Shown: positions 49,585 to 63,800 of the stretch, piece after piece
Numbering within the stretch: position 1 is the stretch's first letter
How the letters are laid out: every line of letters begins with the position of its first letter
DNA from: Hypanus sabinus
Taxonomy: Eukaryota
Direction: 5' to 3'
Assembly (NCBI RefSeq): GCF_030144855.1
Contig: NC_082736.1
Coordinates: forward strand, 7,254,001-7,318,000
Length of the DNA stretch: 64,000 nt
The notes under the pieces: model-generated
What the model was told of the DNA's origin: nothing
The model's input: only the letters and a program-made list of their open reading frames with translations
The model's database searches: none
Made by a program: the position numbers and the translations under genes

Positions 49585-50470
49585 CCCCCACTCTTCACTT
49601 CCCGCAGCGATTGCTCCCTTTGTGACTCCCTTGCCCACTCAACCCTCCTGACTGATCCCCCTCCTGGTACTTACACTTGCAAAGTGTCATACCCACCCCT
49701 ACCCCTCCTCCCTCACTACCATTCAGGGCCCTAAACAGTCCTTCCAGGTGAGGCAAAAATTCACCTGCGAGTCTGTTGCGGATGTCAACTGTATCCAGTG
49801 GTCCCGGTGTGGCCTCCTGTATATCAGAGCAACCTGATGTAGATTGGAGAACACTTCGTCAAACATCTTTGCTCCATCTGCCAGGAAATGTGGCATCTCC
49901 CCGTGGCTATTATTTCAATTCCACTTCCTGTTCCCTTTCCAATATGTCAGTCCATCACCACCTCTCCTGCCACAATGAATCCACAAACAGGTTGGAGGAG
50001 CAACGCCTTATATTCCAAAAGGGTAGCCTCCAACCTGATGGCATGAACATCAATTTCTTGCACTTCCACTAATTGCCCCCTGCTCTCCTTCACCATTCCA
50101 CATTCCTTTTCCTTCTCCTACTTAATCTCCTTACCTGTCCATCCCCTCCTTCTCCCTTTCTTCCACGGTCTTCTCTTCTCTGCTATCAGATTCCCCTTCC
50201 TCTAGCCCTTCATCTCTATCACCAATCTATTTCCATAGCCCGTCCCCTCTCCCAGTTTCACACATCACCTACCATTTTCACTTCTTCCTTCCCTCCCGCA
50301 CCTTCGTAATTGGACTTCTCTTCTTTTTTCAAATCATGATTAAGGGTCTCTGCTCAGACGCACATTGAATCTTTACTCTTTATCATAGATGCTGCCCGGC
50401 CTGCTGAGTTCCTCCAGCATTTTGTGTGTGTTGCTTTGGATTTCCAGCATCTACACATTTTCCCCTGTTT
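49585..50470 (+). mobile_element. Penelope-like (Neptune-type) element: GIY-YIG remnant plus 3' terminus
   Basis: QGPKQSFQVRQKFTCES…RCGLLYI, RLEEQRLIF..GSLQPDGMNI; degenerate hammerhead at ~50335. Confidence 0.9.
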
Positions 50471-51814
50471 GAAATGGAATTGTTTATGTTCAAATTCCTT
50501 ATTTGTCTGTGTAATCCACATTGAAACTACGATAATACAGTATTAGCAGCCAAAACAATCTGCACATTAAATGCCAATAATAATCAAGAATTAGTGAAGC
50601 AACTGTTACATGGCAATCTGTCACTTGAATCATTATCTTGTCTTGGAATGTGAAATGGGTCCATCCCCTGCTGTGCAAAGGGAAGTTCTGCTCTTCGAAG
50701 CCCTTTCTTGCCCAGGTTGACTGCACACTACCTGTAAACTATCCATTCTTGAGCAGTAGCTGTACCCTAGCCTTGTTGCAACTTCAGCTGACTCAGCCAC
50801 TGAAAAGTCAGTCACCTGGCTCACTTCGCAGAACAGGACAGACCTCCCAAATAGTTGGACCACACACATACCCCTTTTAGACATGGCTAACAAATTCTGC
50901 CGCATCGAATATTGTGCCTCGTGGAATTCCCAGTCAGTGCTCAATGTTCAAAAGTTTAAAGCACATTTATTACTAAAATTATGCTGACATTATACAACCT
51001 TGAGATTCCTCTCCTAACAGGCAGCCATGAAACAAAGGAACATAAAAGGAACAAAACAAAAAAAAAAAAGAGGACCGTCAAACACTCAACGTGCAGAGAG
51101 AAAAAAACATGCAAACGGACAGAGAGCCCAAAGTTCAGCGCAGGGCAGAGTAAACATCGTGGAGCAGTGATCTGAACCAATTTGTTCAGTTGGATATGGG
51201 TGCCTCCTGGAAGAGAGCGTTCCTCGGCCTGGACCAGATGGACTGAAAGTTCCATTTTCATGCAGTGTGTCGCTGCAAATCTGAACATTGTTCACTCAGT
51301 TTGATGACATTTCACTTCTTTAAATGACTTGTAATTTCTTCATACATCAGACTCCAGCATTTTACCCTCAACACTTGTGAAATTAACATGTCGACAATTA
51401 CCTTCTGTTGTATTCTAACTTGAACAATGGACGTAGTTGAGGTTTTTCATTCCAATGGGACCTTCCTGGAACACAGTGTGTTCTGGCAAACAGCAACTTC
51501 TACCTGCACATTCTCTCCCGCCACTTCCCTGTTAAACTCTTGAGTGCAGGTCATTGTGACCTGGTGATGTTAACTTTTAGTCTCATTCGATATTTTTCTC
51601 ATGATGGTGAGTGTTGTAAGTTATTGCACAGTGTTGAAATGTCAACCAATATATCAGTGAGATGTGTCCCATGTCCCCAGTGTGAACGATATTCACATAT
51701 TGAGTTTAATTTATTACAATTTTATTTGTTAGTTTAGCTATTGAGGCTCTTGCCACTGGTTCCTGAATTATTCTCATTCTGTTAGTCTATCTAACAGCTT
51801 TCTGTTAGATAGAC

Positions 51815-52948
51815 TAACTAAAAGTCAGCAGCTTTCTCTCCAGCGACTTCTGCAGTAAAGCCACAAATCCCTTGTGCGCTCCTGTCATACTTGGTGCCCC
51901 ATCAGTAGCTACTGACACCAGGTGGGTGGACTTTATTACTTTGGCTCTTAAACAATTCAAGACAGCCTCACAGATGTCCTCCCCCAGTGTTTGGCTGTTT
52001 AGAGGTATCAACTCAATCATTTCTTCCTGTGGCCCGGCAGAGTTTACATACCGGCAGAACAGCGCTATTTGTTCAATATCACCTTTGTCTTTAGACTCGT
52101 TACAGGCAATCGAGTAGGCCACAGCTGAATTGATGTCTTTAATTTACTGTCTTGTGATGTCTTCTGCCATTTTTATGGTTCTGTCTTTGACAGTCTTTGC
52201 AGAGAGGGGCATATCCCTGATTTTCTGCTGAATTTCACTCTTGTTTTTAAAGTCCGTGAATAGATGTTCTGAAGTCTTAATGAAAGATACTTTTATATAT
52301 TCACCATCTGTAAACTGCTTCCCGTGCCTGACTATTTCCTGAGCGGCACAAAACTAGCATATGTCATTGATTTTCCAGACATCATCCACTTCGTGAAATG
52401 ATTTTTGCTCAGATCAACATTCCGCATCAGTTCTGAAACGACTTTTTTTCTCTCATCTCCATCCGAGTATTTTGGAGCAAAGGCTGCGTGTTTATTCTGG
52501 AAATGTCTTGCGACTTTTGATGTTTTGTTGTTTGCTAGTTTCTCATTGCATATTAAGCATACCGGTAAACCAGTCTCGTCAGCAGTGTAAGCAAATGAAT
52601 CTGCCCACGTATCATTAAACGTTCTGTTTTCTTCAATCACGTTTCTTTTTTTAGAATTCTCCATAGTTAGCCGACCTTGGATCGAAAAATTAAAGAAAAC
52701 GCGCACTGGCGGGTGTCAGGCATTGGCAGTGGTGACGTATATTAATAGCGGCAAAAAACACGTTTTATTTAGATTGTACAAGATCACCATAATCTTCAAA
52801 TTTAGAATAACATTTCAAAAACTAACAAACTAACATAAAATACATTTTAATCAAACACTCATCGTTTATTTTCCAAAGCCACAGGGAGCTGCAGCACAGA
52901 GATGAAAGAGTCGCATGTGGCTCCGGAGCCGTGGGTTGCCGACACCTG
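51815..52948 (-). mobile_element. hAT (SPIN/GTF2IRD2-like) 5' half
   Basis: TIR CAGGTGTCGGCAACC, BED finger PVCLICNE…RHFQNKH, SVATDGAPSMTG. Confidence 0.92.
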
Positions 52949-52949
52949 A

Positions 52950-55180
52950 CCTAGGCTTATCCATGGCCCTCTAATCTACTAAACTCCATGTATCCATCTA
53001 GGAGTTTGTTAAAAGACCCTATCATCTCCGCCTGCACCACGGTCACTGTCAGCCCATTCCATGCACTCGCCATGGATAGGAAAGGTCGAGAGGGATACGG
53101 GCCTAATGCAGGCAGATGGAACGAGTTCAGCTTGACAACTTGGTTGGCGTCGATGAGTTGTACCAAAGGGTTGGTTTCAGTTCTGTATAAATCACAGACT
53201 TTATTTTGGGAGGTTAAACCAGGGCAGGATGTACACAGTGAATGACAGGCTCCTGGGAAGTTTTCATGAACAGTGACCTTATTGGCTTCTGCCCCCAGTC
53301 CTCTGCCAGCTCATTCGGGATACTAGTTATTCTCTGTGTGAAATATTTACACTTCAGATCCCCTTCTCACTGATCGGCTGGAACATTCTCATCAAAGTGT
53401 TTGTGACATTAGAGAGACTGATAAAATAATCACAGGCATTGATACGGTCAATAGTGAATCTGTTATCTCCAGGGTCATGGAGTTGGAAGCTAGAGAATAC
53501 AGGTATAAAGTGCGAGAGGAAAGATTTAACTGGGACCCTGAGGAGCAGGTTTTGTTCACAGAATGTGCTGTTTACATGGAACAAACTACCTCCAGGGATG
53601 GTTTAGGGGGGCACAGTTGCCAACTCACTTGGACTGTGGGGAGGGAAGTTTCACAGGGACATGGGCCAAATTCAGGTTGGTCAGCATGGATGTGTTGGGC
53701 TGAAGGACCTGTTTCTGTGTGGCATAACTCAGTGACAACATCTGTTGCTGTGGCAGAGCAGGAGGGACAGGGTCAGTAGTGATAAGGTTTGGGGGATGTC
53801 GATAGGAGAGTGAATAGTTGAGGATGGGGCAGATGGAACAGAATGTGGGAAATGTGAGATCACCCAATCCCAGGAACAAACTGTAAGAGTTAATTCCACA
53901 TGGGAATGTTCAGAGGGACCTGGGTGTCCTTGTAAACAAATCACTTGAGTTAACATGCAGATACTACAAGTAATGAGAGAGGCAAACAGTATTTTGTCCT
54001 GTGATCCAGGAGGAGTGGAGAAGAGGGGTACAGATGTCTCACTGGATTCTATAGGGCCCTGGTGAGAGCAAACCTTGAATGTAGTGTCCGGGTTTGGTCA
54101 CACTTCCTCAGGAAGGATATCCCTGCAATAGAGGGAGTTCAGTGACTATTCCCCACACTGACTGGGCTGGTTCCAGGGATGGAGGGTTGGTTATGTGAAA
54201 GGAGAGTGAGTGGGCTGGGTCTGTATTCCTGCAGTTAATGGGAAAACAAGGATATCTGTTAGATTCTTTCTGGATGTGATTGGCAGTAGGCAAGGAGGAT
54301 CTTTCCCCTGAATGAGATCTCTATAACTGAGGAAAATACCCTCAGAATGAGGCGTAAATCACAAACACCAGAGAATCCGCTGATGCTGGAAATACAAAGT
54401 AATACACACAAAATGCTGGAGGAACTCAGCAGGACAGGCAGCCTTTATGGAAAAGAGTAAACAGTCAACACATCGGCCCAAGACCCTTCCATCAGATCTC
54501 TCCCTGGTGAAGGTTCTCAGCCTGAAGCATCGACTCGTTACCCTTTCCCATAGATGCTGCCCGGCCTGCGGACTTCCGCCAGCATCTTGTGTCTGTTGAA
54601 CAGATTAAGGTGACAAGCATTCAGGATGGAAATGAGATCATATTCCTTTAATCTGAGAACTAGGAACTTCTGTATTCCTTATATAAGGAATCTGGAGCCT
54701 CAGGTGCTGGGTTGAGTCAAAGCTGAGATCAACAGTCTCTGGGAAAATTTTAGTCTCTAAGTGAGTCCATAAGACCATCAGATATAGGAGCAGAATTCGG
54801 CCATTTGGCCCATCGAGCCTGCTCTGCCATTTCATCATCACTGATCTATTTTTCTTCTTAGACCCAATGTCTGCCTATATCCAGTGATTTAGCCTCTACA
54901 GTTGCCTGTGGCCAAAAATACCACCGATTCACCACTCTCTGGCTGATGATATCCCTCCTCATCTCCACTCTAAAAGGATGCCCCTCTATTTTGAAGCTGT
55001 GTCGTCTGGTTACAGACACTCCCACCACAGGAAAAGTTCTCTCCACATCCACTCACTCAAGCCCTTTCACTATTCCATAGGTTTCAATTCAGTAACCCTT
55101 CTTCCTTCGAATTTCCAGTGAATAGAGGCCTAGTGAGGTGAAATGCTCTTCATTAGACAAGCCATTTAATCCAGGGTAAA
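52950..55180. mobile_element. CR1 fragments plus inverted PLE termini (54365-54600)
   Basis: CR1 3' motifs; palindromic PLE tail pair. Confidence 0.8.
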
Positions 55181-55549
55181 ATTCCCCATTTGTGACCTAA
55201 TGTCAGTACAATAAATTCTGGATTTCAGAGATTTTTGCGTTTTGGAATCATGGATCAATCTGCCCAATATTAATCACTAGTTTGTACTGCAGTAAACTCT
55301 GTTAATTTAACCCACGCAATCCCAGGCTCACAGATGCAAAATAAAGACAGGTGTAAATTTAGAGTAGGGAAGTTTAACCGTACTTGGAGGTAAAGCCTGA
55401 TTACTAGGCCTCAGAACATTCTATTCCTCAAATGGTCAGAATAAAGCCAAGTAACAAGGTCGAAAATACCCACAACTTGCAGAATTACACATCGGCAACT
55501 GAGTGGCTCCACTACACTACCCCATCCACCGTAGCCCCACATAGCTCAC

Positions 55550-55752
55550 CATACTAAATTCTACAGACTTATCTCTCCCAGCATATATACATCCACCAGG
55601 CCGAACCTCAAACCTAATCCAGGGGTCCAAGGGGACACACAGCCCCACAAACACGATGACTAGTGTCAGGAGGAGGAAGATCCAATAAAGGCAAGTGTTG
55701 GACCTGGTGAATGAAGGCATGGGCCAGATCAAAGCGGCAGCGTTGCGTGACT
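55550..55752 (-). other. Open 203-nt exon candidate upstream of H2B on the opposite strand
   Basis: Long polypyrimidine acceptor …ctctcgattcag| and donor ATG|GTGAGC; phase 1 to 0, no stops; hydrophobic stretch LTLVIVFVGL. Confidence 0.45.
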
Positions 55753-56129
55753 CTGAATCGAGAGTGACGAGATGAAGAAGCACAGGAGGGGTGATTCTCC
55801 CACTGCCTGCATAATCTCTTTGTTATTTAGATTTTGTTCTGATATTTCTCTGTCTATTTGAATATTTTGGTATAATTCATATTTAATTCCAGTGTTTCTG
55901 GTCAATGTTGTGTCTGATGCAATGTGTCTGTGATGCTGCTACAAATCCGTTGTTCCTCTCACCTGTGCATAAATAAACTCGATTTGAACTTTGCATTGAA
56001 ATGTCTAAATCTCTCCTTCGCTCTCCTGCTGCCCTGTGTCATGAAATGAACATCTCAGTGTTTAATTTAACAATATTTCATCTGATTTTATTTTCATTCT
56101 GCTTTAGAAATTTGCGTTTTTCTTTTCAA

Positions 56130-56377
56130 TTTCAGCCCGCACCCCCGCCTGTCTCTGCCCTTCTGTACTTCCTCCCGCATTAAACGACAGCGGTAACCGA
56201 CACACATTGGCGCCGCTTCCCATCCCCCAGCGTTCCGATTGGTGATTCCTTTCTCCAAACAGCCAATGGGAATGCTCTGCAATCCAATCCTCATTAACAT
56301 ACCACTTTGGGCGCTGCCTATTTAATCCGCGCTCCGGACAGCTTCTGCTTATTATTGTGTTTGAAACCGACGAGGAA
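56130..56377 (+). promoter_or_regulatory. H2B promoter with variant octamer
   Basis: ATTGG x2, CCAAT x2, CTCATTAACATAC at 56290-56302, TATTTAAT at 56319-56326. Confidence 0.75.
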
Positions 56378-56752
56378 ATGCCTGATGCACCGAAACCCGC
56401 TCCCAAGAAGGGCGCCAAGAAAGCTCCGTCCAAACCGGCGAGCAAGTCTGGCAAGAAGCGCAAGAGGACGAGGAAGGAGAGTTACGCCATCTACATCTAC
56501 AAAGTGATGAAGCAGGTTCACCCCGACACCGGCATCTCCTCCAAGGCCATGAGCATCATGAATTCATTCGTGAACGATATTTTCGAGCGCATCGCGGGTG
56601 AGGCTTCCCGCCTGGCCCATTACAACAAGCGGTCCACCATCAGCTCCCGGGAGATCCAGACCGCCGTGCGCCTGCTGCTGCCCGGGGAGCTGGCCAAGCA
56701 CGCCGTGTCCGAAGGGACAAAGGCGGTGACCAAGTACACCAGCTCCAAGTAA
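56378..56752 (+). CDS. H2B: Histone H2B (124 aa)
   Basis: [12 protein letters not shown]…[10 protein letters not shown]; true ATG at 56378 (the track start 56357 is a GTG). Confidence 0.99.
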   Translation: MPDAPKPAPKKGAKKAPSKPASKSGKKRKRTRKESYAIYIYKVMKQVHPDTGISSKAMSIMNSFVNDIFERIAGEASRLAHYNKRSTISSREIQTAVRLLLPGELAKHAVSEGTKAVTKYTSSK

Positions 56753-56783
56753 AGCTGTCCAGTGAGATGATCGAAAACACAAC

Positions 56784-56799
56784 GGCTCTTTTAAGAGCC
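56784..56799 (+). other. Histone 3' stem-loop (H2B)
   Basis: GGCTCTTTTAAGAGCC ACTCA; HDE GAAGAGTTG at ~56816. Confidence 0.97.
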
Positions 56800-57459
56800 A
56801 CTCACAATTTCAATGGAAGAGTTGTACTAGCTTTTCGGTAATAAATTACACATACTTTATGTCTGGTGACTTTTACAAGAGCTAGATCGCGGTTGGAATA
56901 ACGTCCCACTGAACTGACAAGAAATTGTTACCCCCCCCCCCCCCATCAGTCCGTCCCACTCGGTATCCATGCCAAGTGGAGGATTGCTGCCGTTATATTT
57001 GTGGGTTCGGTGTTTATTGGTTCCAGCTGGGTAACTCCTGAATCTCTTTTCAACTTGAGCCTGAAAGACCCCATGACTCTTTCGTATGGAGAAGTGTCGA
57101 CAGTCTTTCTCTTATAGATGCTGCCTGGCCTGCTGGGTTCCACCAGCATTTTGTGTGTTGTTTGAATTTGCCGCATCTACAGATTTCCTCGTGATGGCTC
57201 TTTCATAAAATAACTTTATAAAATTGCAGACTAGACGCTGGACAAAGTTTGAGAAGAACCGTTTTCCATAACCTGATAACGTTCACACAGTGACCGACCG
57301 CGGGCAGAAGCTGAGGGTCAGTTTTATTCGGTTCCGTTACGGGTTGAAAGAAATTAGAGAACTGAGTTCCCAGAGACTCCAATATCAACTACACTTAAAT
57401 CAAATATGCCTGGTTTCAGTAACAGAGGGTAACCGATCTGCAATTATTTAACTGGAAAT

Positions 57460-58122
<663 letters not shown>

Positions 58123-58152
58123 AGCGACGTAAGCTGAATCTATTTCTCCAAA

Positions 58153-58168
58153 GGCTCTTTTCAGAGCC
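58153..58168 (+). other. Histone 3' stem-loop (H2A)
   Basis: GGCTCTTTTCAGAGCC ACTCA; HDE GAAGGGCTG at ~58185. Confidence 0.97.
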
Positions 58169-58609
58169 ACTCACAATGGCTCTGGAAGGGCTGAGCGGCG
58201 GGTTCTATCCGTCCTTTTGATATCCTGCATCTGTCAGTGCCTCGACATGTTTCTTCCGCGAAAGAAACCGGAATAAATCTGCACAGAAACCGGTTCGTTT
58301 CAGTCCCGACTCGTTTTCCCCTCTCAGCAGACCGAATGAGCTCTCTCCCCTTGCAGAGAGTCAGCGGGTTCCCTAGGCGCAGAGTCATGAAATGAACTTC
58401 CGGAGTCAGCCCCGGTAGGGAGAATTTAATCTCCGATCACTGAACGACTCCGCTCTTCATCACCTAGGACCGCGTTGTCTGGGTTCCACATTGCGGGTTG
58501 ACCCCGGGCCGTTCCGGTGTGCAGAAGGAGGGAACATTGCCTGTTCGTTGCTTCATGAGCGATTCTCATCGCCTCACAGAAAAATAACATTTGCGTTTTA
58601 CATTTCAGA

Positions 58610-60840
58610 ATCAAGTTTATTATCACCGGCATCTGACGTGAAATTTGTTAACTCAGCCGCAGCAGTTCAATGTCATACATAATCTAGAAGATAATTATAA
58701 AATTATTAATTAAAATAAAAAAACAAGTAAATCAGTTACGTATATTGACTGTTATTTAAAAAAAAGTAAAAAAAAAACAAATACCGTACATTAAAAAAGT
58801 GAGGTAGTGTCCATAGTTTTAATGCCCATTTTGGAATCAGATGGCAGAGGGGAAGAAGCTGTTCCTGAATCACTGAGTGTGCCTGCAGTCTTCTGTATCT
58901 CCTGCCAGTCACTTCTCTCCAAATTCCTGTCTGTTTAAGACTTCCCTAAATACCCCTGTGCTCTCTGCCTCTGACACCACCCCTGACAGTGTACACCAGC
59001 AAAACTGTATAAATTTCTGTCAGATCTCTCCTGAGCTGACGCCACTCCAGAGGAAAAAGCTCCCGCATGTCGAGCCTCTCCTCACCTCACTCCTCCTCCA
59101 GACATCCTGCTTAACAACTTCTGCACCTGCACCGAAACCTCCATATGCTTCCTAGAATGAGGTGACCGGAACTGAACACTGTGCTCTCACTGTGGCCTAA
59201 CCAGCATTTTATAAACTGTAACATGATGTCCTGGTGATTGAACTCAATGCCTTGCCCGGTGAAGGCAAACATGCCGTACACCGGCTTTACCACCCTGTCA
59301 ACCTGTGCTCCCAGTTTCAGGGAACCAATCTGCCCGGACCCAACATCCTTCTGTATGTTAATGTTCCTGCCATTACCTGTGTACCCACGCTTTATGTTGG
59401 ACGTGCACCCCTGGGTATCCTTTTCACCACAATGAATGTACAGAATGCAGTGGGATTATCTTTAATCCTGCTCATCAGAGATTTTTCATCACTGTTTCTC
59501 ACTGCAAATGGTCTTGAGTTCCCTTCTGTGTTTTAAATATCATCCTCAAACCCCCTGTTTGAATCCAGCTTCCTAAGCCTTGCATAAGCTTCTCACTCTT
59601 CCTCGACTAAATTTACTTCCTCTCTCATCATCCAAGGTTCCTGAACCTTGCCATCCTGGACCCTCCCCCTTACAGGAACAAACTGGCCCTGAATCACTGT
59701 GCAGCTGTCTTTAAACAAACTCATGTCCGATGAGTATTTGCCTCAAAATCCATCCTTACAGTATTAAGCATCAAACTTGGCATCAATCTCTCCATTCAGT
59801 GACTGGTGTTCTGGTTCACATCCCCCTGTCAATCTCATTTCAACCCTCCCAGGGAACAACAATGAACCTCATGATTCTGACCCCCCCCCCCACCCCCGTA
59901 AATGTCACCTCTGGACCTGAAGAGGTTCCAGTGTTCTGGAATCCTGAAACCCTGTCCCTGCACCAGCTCCTCAGCCACACAGTCATCTGCTCTAACTTTC
60001 TGTTCCCACCCGTACTACCACAGAGCATTGGGAGTAACACAAAAATTATCACCTTTCAGGTCCTGCTCTTTAACTTGTTCCCTAATTCTCTATATTCACT
60101 GTGGGACCTCATCTCTTTTCTACCTGTCCACTGCTACTGACGTGAACCACCACCTTCGGCTGAGTGAACATTGTTCAGTAGCTGCTCTGAGACTTCCCTG
60201 ACACTCAGTTATATGATTTACAAAACGTTGAAACCGACTAAAAAAGTCATTGAGAGGAATAAGATGAAATACGAAGGTTAGCTAGCCATTAGTATTAAAG
60301 AGGATACCAGAAGTTTCTTCAGATATACAAAGTGTAAAAGAGAGGCAAAAGTAGATGATGCTGGAGACGTAGTAATGGGGTACAGGGAAGTGGCAGAGAA
60401 GCTGAATAAGTATTGTGCATCAGTCTTCACTGGAAGACACTGGCAGTCTGCTGGAAATTCAGGAGAATCAGGGGGCAGAAATGAGTGAATTGGCCTTTAC
60501 TGTGGAAAAACTGCTTGGGAAACTGAAAGATCTAAAGGTAGATAAATCAGCTGGACGGGATTTTCTACACCAGAGCTATGAAAGAGGTGACTGAAAAGAT
60601 AGAGGCAGTTTTAGTAATACTCATTCTATAATCCCTGTATTCTGGCATGGTCCTGGAGAAGAAGAAAATTGCAAACATTATTCCACTCTTGAAGGAGGGA
60701 GAAGGGCAGATGAGAGGAAATCATAGGCCAGTCAGTCTGACCTCAGTGGTGGGGAAGATGATGGACTGGATGCATTTCCGGGCTACTTGGCGACACATGA
60801 TAAAATAGGACAAAGTCAGCATCGTTTCCTTTAGGCCCAA
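58610..60840. mobile_element. Rex-like tail and old CR1 fragments
   Basis: CR1 ORF1 (WLRSWCR) and ORF2 (RPVSLTSVVGKM) remnants. Confidence 0.8.
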
Positions 60841-63800
60841 GGTGTACAAGATGATGAGAGGCATCGATCGTGTGGATAGTAATTTTCTCAGGGCTGAACT
60901 GGCTGCACAAGAGGGCACAGGTTAAGGTGCTCGGGAGCATGTACAGAGATGTCAGGGGTAAGTTTTTTACTCAGAGTGGTGAGTGCGTGGAATGGGCTGC
61001 CCGCAACGGTGGTGGAGGCAGATACGATAGGGTCTTTTCAGAGACTTTTCGATAGGTAAGCCCAGTAATTCCTAAAGTAAGGACATGTTCGTCACAACAT
61101 TGTGGGCCGAAAGTCCTCTTTGGTGCTGTAGGTTTTCTATGCTTCTATTAAATTACTTTGGATTAAAATGTTGACTTTGACAATATTTTTCCGTAACGTT
61201 CTTTTTTCATAAAGGGTTCAGTGATCCAGTTACAACGTTTTTCTATCCCAAATTATAAAAGATTATCCACACAAAAGTAAAAAAAATACAAATATTAAAT
61301 ATTTATACGACCGAAGAGTCCAATTAAAATGTGAATATTACTCATTATAACACATTCAATTCCCGTGGGTGGGGGGGTGGGGTCACTGTTCCCGGAAATG
61401 CCCCTCTGTACCCACTCTGTTAAAATGTTCTGGGCGGTTCAACCAGGGTAACAGCAGTCCTCCACTGCAGTGGGGTTTGTTACCTTCATTCTCAGCTGTG
61501 AGCTTGTTCCACTGAACCCCTTATCCTCTGAGAAAATACTTGCACCGTTCCATTGTGACCAAGCTGTCCGCCATCTCTCCTAATACTAACCAGTGTTCTT
61601 CATCAAATTCCCATTTTAAAGTCCTGTTACTGGTGAACAGGGAATGGGTGCATTTTGGTAGCCTTTTGAGGTGTTTGATTCACTATTAACCCTAATGCAT
61701 TAATACCTTTGTCCAACAAAAATCCATTGTCCTGGGTTCTGAGTGTTTTAGGTGAGTCCATCCTGAAGTTCTGTGTTCCAGGTTCCCGCTGAACTTTCAC
61801 AGTCAGTGGTTTCTGCATGGCTATACTGACCATCGAGAATCTGTCTCCATTAACTCAGCACTTGGTCTGTCTCCTACCCTGCCCTGGTGATTCAAATGTT
61901 CAGCCAGATGTTCCTTAAATTCCAGCCTGCACCTCTCCCTCAGGAAGTGTGTTCCAGATTGTAACCAACTTCATTTTGCCAGCTGGTCCGCATTCCACAT
62001 CCAGATTTGTTAGCCGGCTTTACTGTTCATCATACCCCTAATCTTGTTGTCATCCACAGACTTTCTGATCCAGTTTACTACATTCTCATCCAGATCGTTT
62101 ATACAGATTGAAAACAACAATGGACCCAGCACCGGGAAGTTAAACCAGGGCAGGATGAACACAGTAATGACAGGTTCAGGAACTGAGACTTTGTGTGTCT
62201 TTGCCTCCACCACCTCCTCTGGCAGCTTATCTGGGATACCAGCTATTCTCTGTGTCAAATATTTATCATTCAGATCCCCTTTAAACACAACCTCTTACCT
62301 TACAACTATTCCCTTTAGCTTCAGACAGCCACACCACTGGAAACAGCCTCTGCTTCTCTAACCTTTGTATGTCTCATGTAATTTTATTCACCTCCAGCAA
62401 CTCACCCTTCAGATTCCCTTTCAACGTCCACCCAGTCACATCAAAACTATCCTGTGCAGTTTTAGTACGGAGAAAACTGTTGCTTCCCTAAAAGACCCTG
62501 TGGAGTGAACAGTTTCTGCCTACCCATCCCTAGAAGATGTCCCATTGATCCATGAAACTGGCACTTTGTCCCCTGCACCAGCTCCTCAGCCACACATTTA
62601 TCACTGGTATCTCTCTATATCTCCCCCCACTAACAAGTGTCACTGGGAGTAATACAGAGCTTACTACTTTTTAGTTTCTGTCTGATTTCTCTAAATTCAC
62701 TGCACAGGACACAACCCTCGTATCCCTGCATTGCTATTACCAACATCCACCGTCCACCACGATGTCCGGCTGCTCAGCCTTCCCTTTGAAATGTCCTGCA
62801 GCTGCTCCGAGACCATCGGACCAGAAGACACAGGAGCAGAATTAGGCCCCTGTAGAAAGTTCTTAGTATTTGGGAGGTGAACGAGGCGCTGTTGTGCTTT
62901 TTTCACCATACAGCAGGTACGTACAGACCACGTGAGATCCTCGGGTATGTTGATGCTGAGGAATTTAAAGCTGTTTACCCTCTCAACCCCAGATCCATCA
63001 ATGTCAATAGGGGTTAGCCCATCTCCATATCTCCACACAATCTGTGTGGATTATCACTAATCCGCACAGACTGGTTTCCCGGTTAGGAAGTCGAGGATCC
63101 ATTTGCAGAGGGACCAGGTTCAGTAGCTTATTGATCAGGACTGTGGGAATGATAGTGTTAAACGTTGAGCTCTAGTCAATGAGCAACATCCTGACATAGG
63201 CTACACGGATTCACTGCTCTTTACTAAGGAAATTGCTCCTTATCTTTGTTCTAACAGTATTGTCCTAGTATTGTGAGGCTGTGCCCTGTGTTCCTAGACA
63301 CTATCGGAAGCTCCCTCCCCACTCCATTCAAGGCCTTTCAATATTTGATCTGTTTCAATGAGATTCCGTCGTTCTTCTAAAGTCCAGAGACAACCGGCCC
63401 AGAGCCATCAAACAATCCCCGTGCATTAACCCTTTTATTGCCAGGATCATTTTTGTGAACTTCCTCTGGACCCTCTCCGATGCGAGCATGTAGCTTTTTA
63501 GATAAGGGGCCCAAAACAGTTCACAATTCTCCAAGTGTGATCGGACCAATGCTTACATCCTTGCTTTTGTATTGTAGTCCTCTCTAAAAGAATGCCGACA
63601 TTTGGTTTCCTTACCACTGACTCGACTGGCAAGTTTATCGTTTGGAAATCCTGCACGTATGAGACGGACCTGACCCCAGTACCCAGGAGGCGACACACCA
63701 TCGTGTCATCTCTGTGGCTGCCACAGAATCTCCTGCACATCCCCTGTACTGTGAGTCTGCTGTCATCACTGCTCTGCTTGACCTTTCCTCCCGCGGAGCA

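Larger units (their letters stand above)
43350..51206 (-). pseudogene. Long degraded gene relic interrupted by LTR, gap, CR1, tRNA and PLE; tentatively ADCY10-like (C2 domain to C-terminus)
   Basis: Non-TE sequence with strong splice sites (49344 acceptor, 49043 donor, 48518 acceptor, 46910 acceptor); collinear by-eye similarity to recalled ADCY10. Confidence 0.4.

Noticed and set aside
50780-50944. TIR/SARM1-like DWxxxE motif
   Set aside because: Single short motif with no other TIR boxes.
56357-56377. N-terminal extensions of H2B (MFETDEE) and H2A (MTVE, 57727)
   Set aside because: The ORF track used GTG starts; the canonical ATGs are at 56378 and 57739.
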